Assembly: GCA_045596585.1 (NCBI GenBank)
Contig: JAZOCP010000166.1
Coordinates: 1-26,185, forward strand
Reading direction: 5' to 3'
Source of the DNA: Eubacteriales bacterium
GTDB lineage: Bacteria; Bacillota; Clostridia; Oscillospirales; CAG-272
Length of the DNA stretch: 26,185 nucleotides
Positions 24,369 through 26,185 of the stretch are shown here, piece after piece (position 1 is the first letter of the stretch; every line of letters starts with the position of its first letter). A program made the position numbers and the translations under genes. Under the pieces are notes generated by a model that was not told where the DNA came from, ran no database searches, and saw only the letters and a program-made list of their open reading frames with translations.

Positions 24369-25665
24369 CTTTTTTTCTTATTCTCGCCACGAAAAAACCA
24401 TCTGTTTTGGTAATGTGTGGAAAGAAGGTATAGCCTCCTTTTGTTGATTTTATATCACCTAACTCAAAGTCAAACGCTTCAAAGTCGTCATTTTCAAGTA
24501 GGAATTTTTCTATGATGTTTTCATTTTCCGCTTTGTTGAGCGTACAAGTGGAATAAACCAAGATTCCACCCTTTTTAAGATATTTTGACGAGGTTGTCAA
24601 AATGTCATACTGAACTGCGGGTAAATTAAGATACGCTTCTGTTGATTTATATTTTATGTCTGGCTTTTTGAAAATCACGCCAAGTCCAGAGCAAGGTACA
24701 TCACATAAAACTCTATCATATTTTTCTTTGCTTTCCTCTTGATATTCCTTTGCGTTTTGTACCCTTGTAGAAATAATATCTATGCCGAGCCTTTTAGCTC
24801 CCTTTTCTACAAGTGAGAGCTTACTTTTATGCAGGTCGGATGAATGTAGCTCACCCTTGTTTTGCATATCAATAGCAACACTAAAGCTTTTGCCACCTGG
24901 GCAAGCGCAAACATCTGCTACTATTTCATTTGGCATAGCACCAATGACTATACTTGCTATACGTGAGGACTCATCTTGTACAAAGGCCTCTCCAGCCTCA
25001 ATTAAGCCCTCAAGCCTTGAAATTGGAAGATTAGTTTTAATTATATCCTTTGCAATTTGCGATTTTTCCGCCTCGCCACCCATTTCCTTAATTTTAAGGA
25101 TTAGCTCATCTTGGCTTGTCCTTAATGTGTTAACACGCAAGCAAAGAGGGGATTTTTGTGGGGGGAGTGTGCAAATTTCCTCTGTTATTTTCTCACCATA
25201 GGAGTCTTTAAAGACCTCTATTAGCTCCATTGGAATTGAATATTCAAGTGATATTCTTTCAAATTTTTCTTTTGGCAGGTCATAAGCCTTGCCATCTCTT
25301 AGAAAGCTACGGAGAATGGCATTTACATAGCCCTTTGCCTTTTTAGGTGCAAGGTTAACGCTTTCGTCAACTGCACTATATTCAGGAATTTTATCTGTAA
25401 AAATAAGCTGATAAATACCTAAGCGAAGAATATTTTTAACCTCAGTATCAATTTCTTCAAGCTTCACCTTTGAATATTTTTTAATTATTGAATCAAGTAG
25501 TAGCTTTTTTTCAATTACGCCTAAGAATAGAAGCGTGTATAAGGAAATATCAATTTGTTGTGCATTTGCACGTGAGATAGCAGTATTTAATTCAATATTT
25601 GAATAAGCTCCATTCACTTCCCATTTAACAAGTGAATTTAACGCTGCTTCTCTTGGGTTGAACAT
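24358..25665 (-). CDS. rsmB: 16S rRNA m5C967 methyltransferase RsmB/Sun
   Basis: NusB-like N-terminus; VQDESS, DVCACPGGKS, DVPCSGLG, YSTCT and DGFFVA motifs. Confidence 0.96.
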   Translation of the reverse strand: MFNPREAALNSLVKWEVNGAYSNIELNTAISRANAQQIDISLYTLLFLGVIEKKLLLDSIIKKYSKVKLEEIDTEVKNILRLGIYQLIFTDKIPEYSAVDESVNLAPKKAKGYVNAILRSFLRDGKAYDLPKEKFERISLEYSIPMELIEVFKDSYGEKITEEICTLPPQKSPLCLRVNTLRTSQDELILKIKEMGGEAEKSQIAKDIIKTNLPISRLEGLIEAGEAFVQDESSRIASIVIGAMPNEIVADVCACPGGKSFSVAIDMQNKGELHSSDLHKSKLSLVEKGAKRLGIDIISTRVQNAKEYQEESKEKYDRVLCDVPCSGLGVIFKKPDIKYKSTEAYLNLPAVQYDILTTSSKYLKKGGILVYSTCTLNKAENENIIEKFLLENDDFEAFDFELGDIKSTKGGYTFFPHITKTDGFFVARIRKKDDE

Positions 25666-25686
25666 CTCCTTTGCTCCTTTCTTTAA

Positions 25687-26185
25687 TTATCCTAAAATGT
25701 CGCCTACTGAAAGCTTTCTTCCGTTTATAAATGCTGATGCACTCATCTTGCCCTTACCCTCGGGAACAACCTCGTCAAGAGCTATTGCACCATCCTTGCA
25801 CATAACATAAATTGCGCCCTCAAGCGAAACGACCTCACCCACTTGTCCTTTAAAAGCAATGGGGGACGTGTGTGATTTTATGACCTTTAGAATTTTCGAA
25901 TCGGGCATTTTCGTAAATGCAACTGGTATTGGACTGAGTCCTCTTATTTGGTTATGAACCTCTTTTACTGTTTTTGAAAAATCAATTAAGCAATCAGCCT
26001 TTGTTATCTTTTCAGCATAAGTAAACACCTCGCCCTGTGGGGTGAAGGTTGCTTTGCCTTCCTTAAATAGGTCTATCGCCTTTAAAAGTCCCTTGCTACC
26101 TGCTAATATTAGCTTGTCATGTACTGTTTCAAAATTATCGTTTTCTAAAATGGAAACCTCTTCAACAAGTATTATATCGCCCGTG
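25687..26185 (-). CDS. fmt: Methionyl-tRNA formyltransferase, 3' part (5' end outside window)
   Basis: Frame stays open beyond the track's GTG 26028 to the window edge: TGDIILVEEVSI...HDKL...PQ...TYAEKITK...IDFSK...HNQIRGLSPIP; upstream of rsmB as in the canonical operon. Confidence 0.93.
   Translation of the reverse strand, partial: TGDIILVEEVSILENDNFETVHDKLILAGSKGLLKAIDLFKEGKATFTPQGEVFTYAEKITKADCLIDFSKTVKEVHNQIRGLSPIPVAFTKMPDSKILKVIKSHTSPIAFKGQVGEVVSLEGAIYVMCKDGAIALDEVVPEGKGKMSASAFINGRKLSVGDILG

Noticed and set aside
1-26185. CRISPR arrays, tRNA/rRNA, IS elements, defence systems
   Set aside because: No regularly spaced repeats, cloverleaf or rRNA signatures, transposases, terminal inverted repeats or defence-type ORFs were seen.

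Overview
AT-rich chromosomal window from a clostridial (Bacillota; probably Oscillospirales-like, by inference) genome. It is mostly core genes, with no rRNA, tRNA, CRISPR, IS or phage signal seen. Left to right: (1) a minus-strand sugar ABC-import operon with a 1149-aa multidomain solute-binding protein, a permease carrying a ~154-aa basic/acidic/basic N-terminal extension, and a second permease that runs off the window; (2) divergent ROK glucokinase, recG and a small XRE regulator; (3) minus-strand PPi-type phosphofructokinase plus DUF1846; (4) hpf and a deoC-deoD-deoB-cdd-pdp nucleoside catabolism operon; (5) a 27-codon spoVM gene missed by the ORF track, with a mother-cell sigma-type promoter; (6) the minus-strand fmt-rsmB-rlmN-prpC-prkC-rsgA operon followed by a PHP protein and a GH36-type alpha-galactosidase. 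The most unusual items are a PrkC-position kinase with no transmembrane or PASTA region that ends in a MinD-like amphipathic helix, the oversized ABC components, and recurring palindromic motifs in the divergent promoter regions. All calls come from motif recognition by eye; no searches were run.
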